Assembly: GCA_963516705.1 (NCBI GenBank)
Contig: CAUQBM010000001.1
Coordinates: forward strand, 4,183-68,182
DNA: 64,000 nt
From: an uncultured Candidatus Saccharibacteria bacterium
GTDB lineage: Bacteria; Patescibacteriota; Saccharimonadia; Saccharimonadales; Saccharimonadaceae
Direction of reading: 5' to 3'
Below are positions 28,733-38,650 of this stretch, piece by piece. The notes beneath the pieces are model-generated. The model was not told the DNA's origin. It did no database searches and saw only the letters and a program-made list of their open reading frames with translations. The translations under genes and the position numbers were made by a program. Numbering within the stretch: position 1 is the stretch's first letter; the number at the start of each line of letters is the position of its first letter.

Positions 28733-29002
28733 GTGAGTACACCTATTAAGCCTCTTGGCGACCGTGTTGTAGCGGTGCGTGAAGAAGCAAAGACTCAGAC
28801 AGCGAGCGGAATTTACTTGCCTGATAACGCTAAAGAAAAGCCAGTAGTTGCGGAAGTTAAAGCAGTTGGCGGCGATGTGAAGAACGTCAAAGTCGGTGAT
28901 CGGATTGTCTATAAGGAATATTCGACTACGGATTTGAAAATTGACGGCACGGAATATTTGATCGTCCGCGAAGAAGATATTTTAGCAACGGTTGTTGGAT
29001 AA
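28733..29002 (+). CDS. groES: Co-chaperonin GroES
   Basis: IKPLGDRV, TASGIYLPD.AKEKP; GTG start with GGAGG RBS. Confidence 0.97.
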   Translation: MSTPIKPLGDRVVAVREEAKTQTASGIYLPDNAKEKPVVAEVKAVGGDVKNVKVGDRIVYKEYSTTDLKIDGTEYLIVREEDILATVVG

Positions 29003-29018
29003 AAAGGGGAGTTTAATT

Positions 29019-30662
29019 ATGGCAAAAAAAGTTTTTTATGATGACGATGCGCGAAATCGCGTGCTTGGCGGAGCTAAATCGCTATATGACGCAGTTAAGG
29101 TGACTTACGGTCCGAAGGGTCGCAATGTTGTGATCGCGAAGGGTTTTGGCGGTCCAACTGTTACTCATGACGGTGTAACTGTGGCTGAAGGAATTGAATT
29201 GCCAGAAAACGATGACGAAACGCTGGGCTATAAAGTTGGTGCCGATTTAATCAAGCAGGCTGCTAAGAACTTGAACAAGCAAGCAGGCGACGGCACGACG
29301 ACTGTAACGGTGTTGACATACTCGATTTTGAAAGAGGCGAATCGATTGATTGCGGCTGGACATAATCCGATGGAACTTAGGAAAGGAATCGAGCAAGCTG
29401 GTGCGGAAATTGTTAAAGAATTGAACAAATTGGCTGAGCCGATTGAAGGCAAGTCTGACCGCGTGGCTGAAGTTGCTACGATCTCGGCGGGAGATGCGGA
29501 AATTGGTAAATTGATCGCTGGCGTGATTGAGAAAGTCGGTAAAGACGGCGTGGTTACCGTTGAGGCTGGTCAAGGCTTGGAGTTAGAAGCCGAAGTTGTC
29601 GAAGGTTTTAGTTTGGACAAGGGTTGGGTGAGTCCGTTCTTTGTTACTGACGCGGGTCGCCAGGAAGCTGTGTACGAAAAGCCAGCAATTCTAATCACCG
29701 ATAAGAAGATTTCTAGCGTGCAAGAATTCTTGCCAATGTTGGAAAAATTGGCACAAAGCGGCAAAAAAGACGTTGTTCTGATTGCTGATGAAGTTGAAGG
29801 CGAAGCATTGAGTATTTTGGTACTGAACAAGCTGAAGGGCGTATTCAACACCGTAGCCGTTAAGGCGCCAAGTTTCGGTGATCGCCGTAAAGATGTTCTT
29901 CGTGACATCGCCGTGCTGACTGGTGCGACTGTGATTTCTGAAGATCACGGATTGACATTCGAAAACGCTGGCTTGGAAGTTTTAGGATCGGCACGTAAGG
30001 TGATTGTTGGAAAAGACGAAACGACAATTATCGAAGGCGCGGGCAAACCTTCAGGTGTGAAGGAGCGAATTGCCGAGATTAAATCGCTTTCAGAAAATGC
30101 TTCTAGCGAATATGAAAAAGAGCAATTCGACAAGCGTGCCGCAGCGCTATCTGGCAAGGTTGCGGTTATTAAGGTTGGTGGCGCGACTGAGACTGAAATT
30201 GACGAGAAGAAATTCCGCGTTGATGATGCAGTGGCGGCTACTAAGGCGGCTTTGGCTGAGGGAATTGTCGCTGGTGGTGGCGTAACTTTGGTCAATTTGG
30301 CTGGCAATCTAAAAGTTAGCGGCGCGGATAGTTTGTCAGTTGGTCGACAAATCTTGAAGGATGCCCTGAAGCAACCGTTCTTGCAGATTATGAAAAATGC
30401 TGGGTTGAATGCCGATGCGCTGCTTGCTCAAGTTGAATCTGGCAAACCTGGATTCGGCGTTAACGTTATGAAGCCAGAAGATGGTCTGATTGACGTGAAG
30501 AAGGCTGGCGTTATTGATCCAGCTCGCGTGACTAAAGAAGCTGTTCAAAATGCAGTGTCAATTGCGTCAACTGCGGCAACTATGGGCGCTTTGGTGGTTG
30601 ATATCCCAGAGGCTGAAGTTGCAGCTGCTCCTGGTGGTATGCCGGGAATGGGTATGATGTAA
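29019..30662 (+). CDS. groEL: Chaperonin GroEL
   Basis: GPKGRNV, AGDGTTT, GGMPGMGMM tail. Confidence 0.98.
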   Translation: MAKKVFYDDDARNRVLGGAKSLYDAVKVTYGPKGRNVVIAKGFGGPTVTHDGVTVAEGIELPENDDETLGYKVGADLIKQAAKNLNKQAGDGTTTVTVLTYSILKEANRLIAAGHNPMELRKGIEQAGAEIVKELNKLAEPIEGKSDRVAEVATISAGDAEIGKLIAGVIEKVGKDGVVTVEAGQGLELEAEVVEGFSLDKGWVSPFFVTDAGRQEAVYEKPAILITDKKISSVQEFLPMLEKLAQSGKKDVVLIADEVEGEALSILVLNKLKGVFNTVAVKAPSFGDRRKDVLRDIAVLTGATVISEDHGLTFENAGLEVLGSARKVIVGKDETTIIEGAGKPSGVKERIAEIKSLSENASSEYEKEQFDKRAAALSGKVAVIKVGGATETEIDEKKFRVDDAVAATKAALAEGIVAGGGVTLVNLAGNLKVSGADSLSVGRQILKDALKQPFLQIMKNAGLNADALLAQVESGKPGFGVNVMKPEDGLIDVKKAGVIDPARVTKEAVQNAVSIASTAATMGALVVDIPEAEVAAAPGGMPGMGMM

Positions 30663-30676
30663 ATCTGCCCCGAGCA

Positions 30677-30710
30677 ATAAAAATCCCGCCGAAAATGGCG
30701 GGTTTTTATT
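30677..30710. terminator. Intrinsic terminator after groEL (bidirectional)
   Basis: CCCGCC-loop-GGCGGG flanked by A and T runs. Confidence 0.8.
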
Positions 30711-30723
30711 TTGGAGGAATGAC

Positions 30724-31239
30724 TTAACGAGGATTTGAGAAATAGTCGATTTCTTTAATGATATCCAGTAGAGCCTGAGCACGACGAGCTTCGTCAACAA
30801 TAGCTACGGCAGCGTCGTGTGCTGGCGCGATCAGAGTTTTATCGTCCGTAGAACGAAGAAGTAATAGGTAAGTGTCAAACTTTTCTTCTGGAGAAACGTC
30901 CAGCTTGTCGACTAATGGACGCAACTCGTTCAAGGCAGTTTGCTTAATCGTATCAAGCGCAGGATCTGTGGCTGCAGTTGGAGTTGGAGCTGGTGTGCTA
31001 ACTGCCGGAGTTGGCATAACTGGCTCTGGAGTAGTGGACTTCGTTATGTCAGTAGCAGGCTCATCGTTCTGGTCTGTAGCGACAGGATCCGGTGAGATGG
31101 TTGCAGGATTAATTACAGGTGAAGCTGTAGCATTTGTCTCTTCGAATTGTAAATTATTGTCTGTACCTTGTGACACGCCAGCTAATACCTTAGCCAGTTC
31201 TTGGTCGTCACTGAATGATTGATTAGCTTGAGAATCCAT
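30724..31239 (-). CDS. Hypothetical protein (P/T-rich linker, helical C-terminal domain)
   Basis: 171-aa ORF with coding-like composition. Confidence 0.75.
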   Translation of the reverse strand: MDSQANQSFSDDQELAKVLAGVSQGTDNNLQFEETNATASPVINPATISPDPVATDQNDEPATDITKSTTPEPVMPTPAVSTPAPTPTAATDPALDTIKQTALNELRPLVDKLDVSPEEKFDTYLLLLRSTDDKTLIAPAHDAAVAIVDEARRAQALLDIIKEIDYFSNPR

Positions 31240-31316
31240 TATAACCCACCTTATATATTAAATTGTTTAAGCTTATATATGCTACACTATAACATGAGTT
31301 AATCAAGGAGCGCAAG

Positions 31317-32357
31317 ATGTTAGATGATATGAATGTAATAAAACAATATGATCCAGGCGACGTTTTAAGCGGCGTTTTGAATATTCCAGAACAAGCTCGA
31401 TATGAAGTGTCGATTCACGAAGGTGCGAATCAGCGTCGAGATTTTAAGAATATCGTGATCGCGGGAATGGGCGGTTCGGCTTTAGCGGCTGATATGGTTC
31501 GAGTTTTGACCGCGGGCTGGTTGCATATTCCACTTGAAGTGGTGAAGGGTTATGATTTGCCGGGATTTGTGGGCGAGGAAACGTTGGTTATTGCGGTTAG
31601 TCATTCGGGCAATACTGAGGAGACTCTGAGTTGTTATCAGCAAGCATTGGAGAAGAAGGCGTGTTTAGCAGCTATGTCGACTGGCGGAGCATTGATTGAG
31701 CGAGCGAAGAATGACAATGTAACTTACGCCCAAGTTCCAGCTGGCGCGCAGCCACGAATGTCGACGGTTTATCATCTGCGAGGATTGTTGAAATTATTAC
31801 AACATTTTTGGGTGATTGATAATGATTTGTATGATCAGGTGAAAAATAGCGCTGATTGGTTGGCGGGCGAAATATCTAATTGGACAGCTAAAACGCCAGA
31901 AGTTGATAATTTGGCGAAGCAAATTGCGAAATTAACAATTGGCAAGACGTTGGTTGTTTTTGGTGGTGAATTGACTTGGCCGCTGGCGTATAAGTGGAAA
32001 ATTAGCTGGAATGAATCGGCGAAGAATTTGGCGTTCTCGAATCAATATCCAGAATTTAATCATAACGAGTTCATTGGTTGGTCGTCGCATCCAATAGAAA
32101 AGCCATTTACGGTTTTTGATATTCGTAGCAATTTGGAGCGAGACAGAATCCGCGAGCGAATGGAGCTTAGCGACCGATTGTTAAGTGGCAAGCGACCAAA
32201 GGCGCACGTGTTGGAGCTTCGAGGGAAGACGCTTATGGAGCAATTACTGTGGGGTTTGGTGCTGGCTGACGCGGCTAGTATTTACACAGCTATTCTTAAT
32301 GGAGTCAATCCTGGTCCAGTTCAGTTGGTTGAAAAATTGAAAGCGGAACTTAGTTAA
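31317..32357 (+). CDS. Bifunctional phosphoglucose/phosphomannose isomerase (SIS domain)
   Basis: GMGGS, SHSGNTEET, QPR, NESAK, PEFNHNE. Confidence 0.9.
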   Translation: MLDDMNVIKQYDPGDVLSGVLNIPEQARYEVSIHEGANQRRDFKNIVIAGMGGSALAADMVRVLTAGWLHIPLEVVKGYDLPGFVGEETLVIAVSHSGNTEETLSCYQQALEKKACLAAMSTGGALIERAKNDNVTYAQVPAGAQPRMSTVYHLRGLLKLLQHFWVIDNDLYDQVKNSADWLAGEISNWTAKTPEVDNLAKQIAKLTIGKTLVVFGGELTWPLAYKWKISWNESAKNLAFSNQYPEFNHNEFIGWSSHPIEKPFTVFDIRSNLERDRIRERMELSDRLLSGKRPKAHVLELRGKTLMEQLLWGLVLADAASIYTAILNGVNPGPVQLVEKLKAELS

Positions 32358-32358
32358 T

Positions 32359-33570
32359 TTAATATCGTAGAGATTCGATTGGGTCGCGTCTAGTGGCGCG
32401 GGCTGCTGGATATACGCCAGAAATTACGCCGATGATTATGGATAATCCAATTGATAAGACGGCTGTTTGCCAATAAATATAAGGCGTGAGTGGCAAGTAT
32501 AAGCTGGTAACATAAGCTCCCGCCAAGCCTAAGCCGTAGCCCAATATTCCGCCGAGGAATCCGATGATCGCTGCCTCGATTAAGAATTGATTGATGATAT
32601 CCCAGCCCGTGGCGCCGACAGCTCGTCTGACGCCGACTTCACGCTGGCGCTCGGCAACATTGACAAGCATCACGTTCATAACGCCTATTCCACCGATTAA
32701 CAGAGAAATAATGCCGATGACAGTTAAGATTATCGAGAGAAACCTCGCGACATTAGACTTCTTTTCATTTATCTCTTCGCCAGAAACGATTCGATAATTC
32801 TTATCGCTATCATGATTCTTCTTCAGAATATCGTCAGCCGATTTTATGACTGAATTGAGATTTTTATGATCTTTGGTAGTTACGATGATTTGCTGAATTT
32901 GCGGCGTTCCTTGAGTGAATTTTTTAATCACAGACAATGGAATAATGGCGGCGTTATTAAAGTTCACGTCCAAATAGCTGGCTGGATTTTCAATATTTTT
33001 CAACACGCCAACAACGGTCAATGGTTGATTTCGGATGTAAATAACGTTTCCGATAGACCTTTCGGTGCCGAACAAATCGACCGACAATTGCTGACCGACG
33101 ACAACTCCGCCGATGTCGTTAATAAATTGTCCAGTGGCAATTTGCAAATTAGCGACGTCTTTTAGCGATTCCGTACTGCCGATTAACGCGGCGTTTTGGA
33201 TATCGATTTTACCTTCGCGGGCGCGCAGTTCGGCGTGCAGGAAGGCAATTGGCGCGGCTTTCGTATTGGCAATTTTTCCTATATCTCTGGCGTCCGTTTC
33301 AGTCAATGTGTTGACCGTCGTCGTGTTGTCGGATTCGGTCAGCAGATTCGGGACGGCTTTTTGATTGCCAGACTTAACAATGGCGACAGGAGTGTCTGAT
33401 TGATTGGAATTGTCGCCGAATAGGTGATTAAATCCGCCAGTTAAAGATAGAACCATGGTGATGCTGGCGATGCCAATAGCTACGCCTACGATTGTCAAAA
33501 ATGTTCGTCCACGATTAGCTCGTAGCGCCTGAGTGGCGTTTTCAAAATGATTTTTTACTAATATTTTCAC
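32359..33570 (-). CDS. ABC transporter permease (MacB/FtsX family)
   Basis: RTFLTIVGVAIG, GGIGVMNVMLV.V.ER.REVG.RRAVGA, PAARA...DPIESLRY. Confidence 0.92.
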   Translation of the reverse strand: MKILVKNHFENATQALRANRGRTFLTIVGVAIGIASITMVLSLTGGFNHLFGDNSNQSDTPVAIVKSGNQKAVPNLLTESDNTTTVNTLTETDARDIGKIANTKAAPIAFLHAELRAREGKIDIQNAALIGSTESLKDVANLQIATGQFINDIGGVVVGQQLSVDLFGTERSIGNVIYIRNQPLTVVGVLKNIENPASYLDVNFNNAAIIPLSVIKKFTQGTPQIQQIIVTTKDHKNLNSVIKSADDILKKNHDSDKNYRIVSGEEINEKKSNVARFLSIILTVIGIISLLIGGIGVMNVMLVNVAERQREVGVRRAVGATGWDIINQFLIEAAIIGFLGGILGYGLGLAGAYVTSLYLPLTPYIYWQTAVLSIGLSIIIGVISGVYPAARATRRDPIESLRY

Positions 33571-34361
33571 GATTTTTTCGCCCTCGATTTCTTTGAAGAT
33601 TTTTGCTTCTTAGGTTTTTCTTCTTTTTCATCGTCTACAATTAACTTCTTAGTGAACTTGCGCTTTTCCTTGTGTTCATCAGTGTCAATCTTTCCATCCA
33701 ACATAGTGATGACGCGACTGGCATAATGGGTCAATTCTGGGTTGTGAGTAACCATAATTATAGTGTTGCCGCGACGATGTAGGTCGGACAATTCTTCCAT
33801 AATGAGATGACTCGATTTGCTATCCAAATTTCCTGTTGGTTCGTCGGCTAAGATAATTGACGGACTATTAACCAACGCTCTGGCAATTGCTACGCGCTGA
33901 ACCTGACCGCCAGATAATTGATGCGGCATGTAATATTCGCGCTGTCCCAGATGGAAAGTTTTCAGAATGCGGCTAGCTTCCTGGAGTCGTTTAACTTTCC
34001 CGAGTCCTTTATACGTTAGCGGCAGCGCCACGTTTTCAATTACAGTCAGGCGAGGGATAAGATTGAAATTTTGGAAAACGAAGCCGATGTGCTTGGAGCG
34101 AATTTTGGCGCGTCGTCGCGAACTCAGATTGTCGACAGCGACGTCGTCCAAGTAATATTCGCCTTCTGATGGCTGGTCTAATAGTCCAAGGGTGTTTAAT
34201 AAAGTAGTTTTTCCGCAGCCGCTTGGTCCCATAATAGCGATAAACTCACCCTTTTTAACGGTTAAATCGACGTTATCTAAGGCGCGAATCTCAGCGTCAC
34301 CAAAGCCAAATTTTTTGGTGACATTAACAAGCCTAATGCGTGGTGGAATAGTTTCTTTCAT
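33567..34361 (-). CDS. ABC transporter ATP-binding protein (MacB/LolD type)
   Basis: GPSGCGKT, LSGGQ, ILADEPTGNLD; true start MKETIPP at 34361. Confidence 0.93.
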   Translation of the reverse strand: MKETIPPRIRLVNVTKKFGFGDAEIRALDNVDLTVKKGEFIAIMGPSGCGKTTLLNTLGLLDQPSEGEYYLDDVAVDNLSSRRRAKIRSKHIGFVFQNFNLIPRLTVIENVALPLTYKGLGKVKRLQEASRILKTFHLGQREYYMPHQLSGGQVQRVAIARALVNSPSIILADEPTGNLDSKSSHLIMEELSDLHRRGNTIIMVTHNPELTHYASRVITMLDGKIDTDEHKEKRKFTKKLIVDDEKEEKPKKQKSSKKSRAKKS

Positions 34362-34439
34362 CTTTGACTTATTATAGAGAATGAATGTTATTAAGTGCAA
34401 CCATAAGAGGCAATAAAGTTGTGGTATAATTATCAACAA

Positions 34440-34529
34440 GGAAGGGTGCAGGAGTGGTTGAACTGGCACGCCTGGAACGCGTGTAACGGAGCAATCTGTT
34501 CGAGGGTTCGAATCCCTCTCCTTCCGCCA
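34440..34529 (+). tRNA. tRNA-Ser(GGA)
   Basis: CACGC-CTGGAAC-GCGTG anticodon arm, long variable arm, GCCA; TGGTATAAT just upstream. Confidence 0.96.
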
Positions 34530-34540
34530 AGAGAATAATA

Positions 34541-34575
34541 AACCGACAGAACTTAGAGCTTGTCGGTATTTTTTG
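34541..34575 (+). terminator. Terminator after tRNA-Ser(GGA)
   Basis: ACCGACA-loop-TGTCGGT followed by ATTTTTT. Confidence 0.7.
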
Positions 34576-34652
34576 TTGAAAAATCGTAGACAGGGGCGGC
34601 TCATCTGGTCGTGAAATAAATAGGTTGTAATTTTTACTAAATAGCTTGCAAA

Positions 34653-34701
34653 ACACTAGATATAGCGGCTATAGTTATTATTGTACGCTATATATATAGC
34701 G
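34653..34701 (+). promoter_or_regulatory. Tandem NrdR-box-like operators upstream of nrdA
   Basis: ACACTAGATATAGCGG (34653) and ACGCTATATATATAGC (34685), 32 bp apart; resemble the consensus acaCwAtATaTwGtg, second box imperfect. Confidence 0.75.
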
Positions 34702-34795
34702 AGCCCATAAATAAACAAAAACACAAGCTACGAAGATAAGCCACCAGATGAGGTGTTGGTGGTTTGTTTTTAAGAGGGGAAATTAAGGAGGGTAT

Positions 34796-37198
34796 GTGAA
34801 AGAAATTAACGTAGTCAAACGTGACGGAACGAAAGAACCGTTTGATGCTAATAAAATTAACACGGCTATTTTAAAGGCGTGCGAAGGTTTGCCGGACCAA
34901 ATTTCTAAGGTCGTTCAGGTGGCGACTGAATTGCAATTGACGCTATTTGATGGAATTACAACCGAGCAATTGGACGAGGCGGTTATTCAAACAGTTCTCC
35001 AAAACGTTAAAGACGACCCAGACTATGATAAAATCGCGGCACGATTATTACTGAAAACTGTCTATAAGCAGATTTTGGGCGATTATGAAACGGCGGAAGA
35101 ATTGAAAAAGCTTCATGCGCGCGAATTTCCGAAATTTGTTAAGGCGGCGGTAAAAGAAGGTTTGCTGGATAAGCGTATGGCCGACGGTCGATTTGACTTG
35201 AAAAAGCTGGCGGCGGAACTTGATCCAGCGCGTGATGATTTGAGCAAGTATTTGGGCGTAGTGACTAATAAAAATCGTTATGCTCTTCGCAAGCAAAACG
35301 GTTCACCAATTGAAACGCCTCAGTTTACGCATATGCGTATTGCTATGGGGCTTAGTTATAACGAATCTGACCCAACAACTGCAGCGATTGAGTTTTATAA
35401 TCACATGAGCAATTTGGAGTACGTTCCAGGCGGCTCAACGCGAGTTAATGCTGGCGGTTCGTTCCCGCAACTCAGTAACTGCTTTTTGCTTAATGTCGAT
35501 GATGATATGGAATCAATTGCTAAGGCTGTTCGCGACACGATGTGGATTGCTAAAGGTACGGGCGGAATTGGCATTGGCTTTACGAAGCTACGTGCAGCGG
35601 GCAGTCCAGTTAAAACCACCAACACTGAATCTACTGGCCCAATTCCATTTATGAAGATGATTGATACGGCGCTTTTTGCGGTTTCTCGTAAGGGAAAAAA
35701 GGCTGGTGCGGCTGCAATTTACATGGAAAACTGGCATCTGAATTTTGATCAATTTGTCGACCTTCGTCAAAACTCTGGCGACCCATATCTAAGAACCAGA
35801 TTTGCAAATACCGCGGTATTTATCTCTGACGAATTTATGAAGCGAGTAGAAAAAGACCAAGATTGGTATTTGTTTGATCCAGCGGAAACTCCAGATTTGA
35901 CGGAATTATATGGCGAGGCGTTTTCGGCGCGATATAAAGAATATATCAAGATGGCGGAAGCTGGGAAATTGCGAACATTTGATAAAGTTCCAGCCCGTCA
36001 GCAATTTAAGCGCATTTTGACCAGTTTGCAGGCGACATCGCATCCGTGGCTAACTTGGAAAGACACGATTAACGTGCGAGCATTGAATAACAATACGGGC
36101 ACAATTCACCTCAGTAACTTGTGTACGGAAATTACATTGCCGCAGGATAAAAACAATATTGCGACGTGTAATTTGGTGAGTATCAATTTGTCGGCATTTC
36201 TCAGTGAAGATAAGACTTGGGATTGGGATAGATTGAAAGAAGCGGCTCGTGCGGCAGTGCGACAATTGGACAATTTGTGTGATATCACTCAAACTCCAAT
36301 TCCAGAAGCAATGCACTCTAATCAGCAAACTCGAGCAATTGGTCTGGGGATTATGGGTCTTTCTGACGTGTTGGAAAAGTTGGGTTATTGCTACGAATCG
36401 AAAGAAGCGTACGATTTGGTTGATCAATTGACGGAGTTCATTAGCTATCACGCCATTGACCAATCGGCTGACTTGGCAAAAGAATTGGGCAGCTATCCAA
36501 CATTTGCGGGCAGTGGCTGGAGTAAGGGAATTCTTCCAATTGATACGGTTGATAAATTGTCGAAAGATCGTGGCGTGAAGGTGAAAATAGACCAAAAGAC
36601 GCGACTGGACTGGGACAGTTTGCGAAAGAAGGTGAAGAAGGGAATGCGAAATGCGACTCTTATGGCAATTGCGCCGACGGCTAATATTGGTCACGTGGCG
36701 GGAACTACTCCTGGAATTGATCCGCAATTTGCGCAGATTTTCAGTCGCTCGACTTTGAGTGGTAAGTTTTTGGAAGTGAACCATAATTTAGTTCGAGATT
36801 TGAAGAAACTTGGATTGTGGGACAATTTGAAAGATGAGATTTTTGCGGCGCAAGGCGATATTCAAGATATTGACGGCATTCCTCAGAATATCAAGGACGT
36901 TTATAAAACAAGTTTCCAGCTCAGTCCGTACGCGTTTATTGAGGTGGCAGCCAGGGCCCAGAAGTGGGTTGATCAAGCGATTTCTCGAAATATGTATCTG
37001 GAGACGCGTGATATTGACGAATATGTGAAGATTTATTCAGAAGCGTGGAAGCGTGGCTTGAAAACGACATATTATCTACACGTTAAACCGCGTCATCAGT
37101 CGGAGCAGACAACAGTTTCAGTTGATAAGATTGCAGAACAAAAAGTCCGCACAAATAGTAAAGTGCGCGGATTTGGATTTGCGAAAATTAATAAATAA
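34796..37198 (+). CDS. nrdA: Class I ribonucleotide reductase alpha subunit with ATP cone; lacks C-terminal Cys pair
   Basis: VVKRDG ATP cone, QLSNCF, SNLCTEI, ATCNL, AIAPTA, LKTTYY. Confidence 0.97.
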   Translation: MKEINVVKRDGTKEPFDANKINTAILKACEGLPDQISKVVQVATELQLTLFDGITTEQLDEAVIQTVLQNVKDDPDYDKIAARLLLKTVYKQILGDYETAEELKKLHAREFPKFVKAAVKEGLLDKRMADGRFDLKKLAAELDPARDDLSKYLGVVTNKNRYALRKQNGSPIETPQFTHMRIAMGLSYNESDPTTAAIEFYNHMSNLEYVPGGSTRVNAGGSFPQLSNCFLLNVDDDMESIAKAVRDTMWIAKGTGGIGIGFTKLRAAGSPVKTTNTESTGPIPFMKMIDTALFAVSRKGKKAGAAAIYMENWHLNFDQFVDLRQNSGDPYLRTRFANTAVFISDEFMKRVEKDQDWYLFDPAETPDLTELYGEAFSARYKEYIKMAEAGKLRTFDKVPARQQFKRILTSLQATSHPWLTWKDTINVRALNNNTGTIHLSNLCTEITLPQDKNNIATCNLVSINLSAFLSEDKTWDWDRLKEAARAAVRQLDNLCDITQTPIPEAMHSNQQTRAIGLGIMGLSDVLEKLGYCYESKEAYDLVDQLTEFISYHAIDQSADLAKELGSYPTFAGSGWSKGILPIDTVDKLSKDRGVKVKIDQKTRLDWDSLRKKVKKGMRNATLMAIAPTANIGHVAGTTPGIDPQFAQIFSRSTLSGKFLEVNHNLVRDLKKLGLWDNLKDEIFAAQGDIQDIDGIPQNIKDVYKTSFQLSPYAFIEVAARAQKWVDQAISRNMYLETRDIDEYVKIYSEAWKRGLKTTYYLHVKPRHQSEQTTVSVDKIAEQKVRTNSKVRGFGFAKINK

Positions 37199-37211
37199 GG
37201 AGGAAATTAAG

Positions 37212-38189
37212 ATGGGAATTTTAGGTTCAGGATTACGCGATGGATTATCACTCCACCCAATTCGTTACCCTTGGGCGTATGATCTTTATAATCAAGCGGT
37301 GGCTAACACGTGGTTTCCAAACGAAGTTCAATTAGTGCAAGATTTGGCGGATTTTGAAAAATTGTCAGATGATGAAAAGCATGCATTGAAAACGGTTATT
37401 AGCTATTTGAACCCAAACGAGTTATTGATTAATAAATCATTGGCGTTCGGTATTTATCCATATGTGAACGCGGCGGAAGCTCAACTATATTTGTCAAAAC
37501 AGATGTGGGAAGAAGCTAATCACTTCATGACATTTGAATACATTATTGAGACGTTTCCGTTTGATCGCGAGGAAATTTACGCTGCGGGATTTGGTAAAAA
37601 ATCATTGGCTGACAAGGCTGACTTCCAGAATAAGCATTTGGATGTGATGCTTGATCCGAATTTGGATATTTATTCGCTGGAAGGCAAGAAGGACTTTGTT
37701 AGGTCTTTGGTGGCGTATAACATCGTGCTTGAGGGAATTTGGTTCTATTCAGGCTTTATGGTTGGTATGAGTTTCCGTCAGCGTAATTTGTTGCGCAATG
37801 TTGGCTCACTACTAGACTGGATTACTCGCGATGAAAATCTTCATTTGACGTTTGGTATCAATCTGCTTTTGACGATTTTGGACGAGAACCCAGAATTGCA
37901 AACGCAGGAATTTGCCGAGGAAATCCGTGGCTTGATTCTGCAGGCAGTGGAGCTTGAGAAGGCTTATAACAAAGATATGCTACCAAAGGGAATTTTGGGA
38001 TTGAACGCTGATTATGTGAACCAATACGTTATGCATATGACCGACCGACGCTTGCAGGAATTAGGTTTTGAGCCTGAATATAACGTGCCAAATCCAGCCA
38101 AATGGATGGCAGCCGCCAATGATACGCTGGAATTGGTGAATTTCTTTGAAAGCACAAACACTAGTTACGAAGTTAATACCACGAAGTAA
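37212..38189 (+). CDS. nrdB: Ribonucleotide reductase beta subunit, class Ic (R2c, Mn/Fe)-like
   Basis: NPNELL (Glu first ligand), EEANHFMTF (Phe at the radical-Tyr position), LEGIWFYSGF, RDENLH, C-terminal FFE...SY. Confidence 0.93.
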   Translation: MGILGSGLRDGLSLHPIRYPWAYDLYNQAVANTWFPNEVQLVQDLADFEKLSDDEKHALKTVISYLNPNELLINKSLAFGIYPYVNAAEAQLYLSKQMWEEANHFMTFEYIIETFPFDREEIYAAGFGKKSLADKADFQNKHLDVMLDPNLDIYSLEGKKDFVRSLVAYNIVLEGIWFYSGFMVGMSFRQRNLLRNVGSLLDWITRDENLHLTFGINLLLTILDENPELQTQEFAEEIRGLILQAVELEKAYNKDMLPKGILGLNADYVNQYVMHMTDRRLQELGFEPEYNVPNPAKWMAAANDTLELVNFFESTNTSYEVNTTK

Positions 38190-38203
38190 TGGGAGTTGAT
38201 GAT

Positions 38204-38599
38204 ATGAACGAATTAGCGAAAGAAATATTAGATACAGTCGAAGTTGGTGCGTTGGCGACGGTGAATGTTGATAGAACTCCTTTGGTGACGCCGCTGCACT
38301 TTGCACGATTGGGTGATTCTATAATTTGGATATCAGAGCCGACTGCGCGCCATTCAGAAAATGCGTTTCGAAACGGTAAAGCGGAATTTGTGGTTTGGGA
38401 TGATAAAAAGCGAGCAGTTTTCTTAAAAACTAACGTGACTGAACTCCCAGAATCTGAGAAAGAGGCGGCAATGGCGGCTTATAAAGAGAAGTTGGCTGAT
38501 TTTATGCCACGTTGTCAAAATCCGCAAATATACGTTGCGCCAATTGGTGAACTTGATGAAAAAACTACAACGGGCAATTGGCTGCATTTTATTGCATAA
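38204..38599 (+). CDS. Pyridoxamine 5'-phosphate oxidase-like (split-barrel flavin-binding) protein
   Basis: GALATV..D.TP.VTPLHF...WIS...ARHSEN; alternative start at 38189 coupled to the nrdB stop. Confidence 0.78.
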   Translation: MNELAKEILDTVEVGALATVNVDRTPLVTPLHFARLGDSIIWISEPTARHSENAFRNGKAEFVVWDDKKRAVFLKTNVTELPESEKEAAMAAYKEKLADFMPRCQNPQIYVAPIGELDEKTTTGNWLHFIA

Positions 38600-38647
38600 G
38601 CACTATATCTAGCGTAAAATTAGTTAAGTAACTACTAAATATAGGGG
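38592..38647 (+). promoter_or_regulatory. Promoter with tandem NrdR-box-like operators for the 59-aa CxxC ORF
   Basis: TTGCAT-17bp-TAAAAT; boxes GCACTATATCTAGCGT (38600) and CTACTAAATATAGGGG (38632), 32 bp apart. Confidence 0.78.
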
Positions 38648-38650
38648 AAA

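Noticed and set aside
16582..34529. Four tRNA-Ser genes as dedicated non-ribosomal donors for the FemAB-like enzyme
   Set aside because: They are the four normal isoacceptors (CGA, GCT, TGA, GGA) with canonical T-loops
36050..36784. Long antisense ORFs (also 51372-52145, 58218-59006, 39684-40235, 59818-60339)
   Set aside because: They lie wholly or largely opposite well-supported genes and show no motifs; they are shadow ORFs
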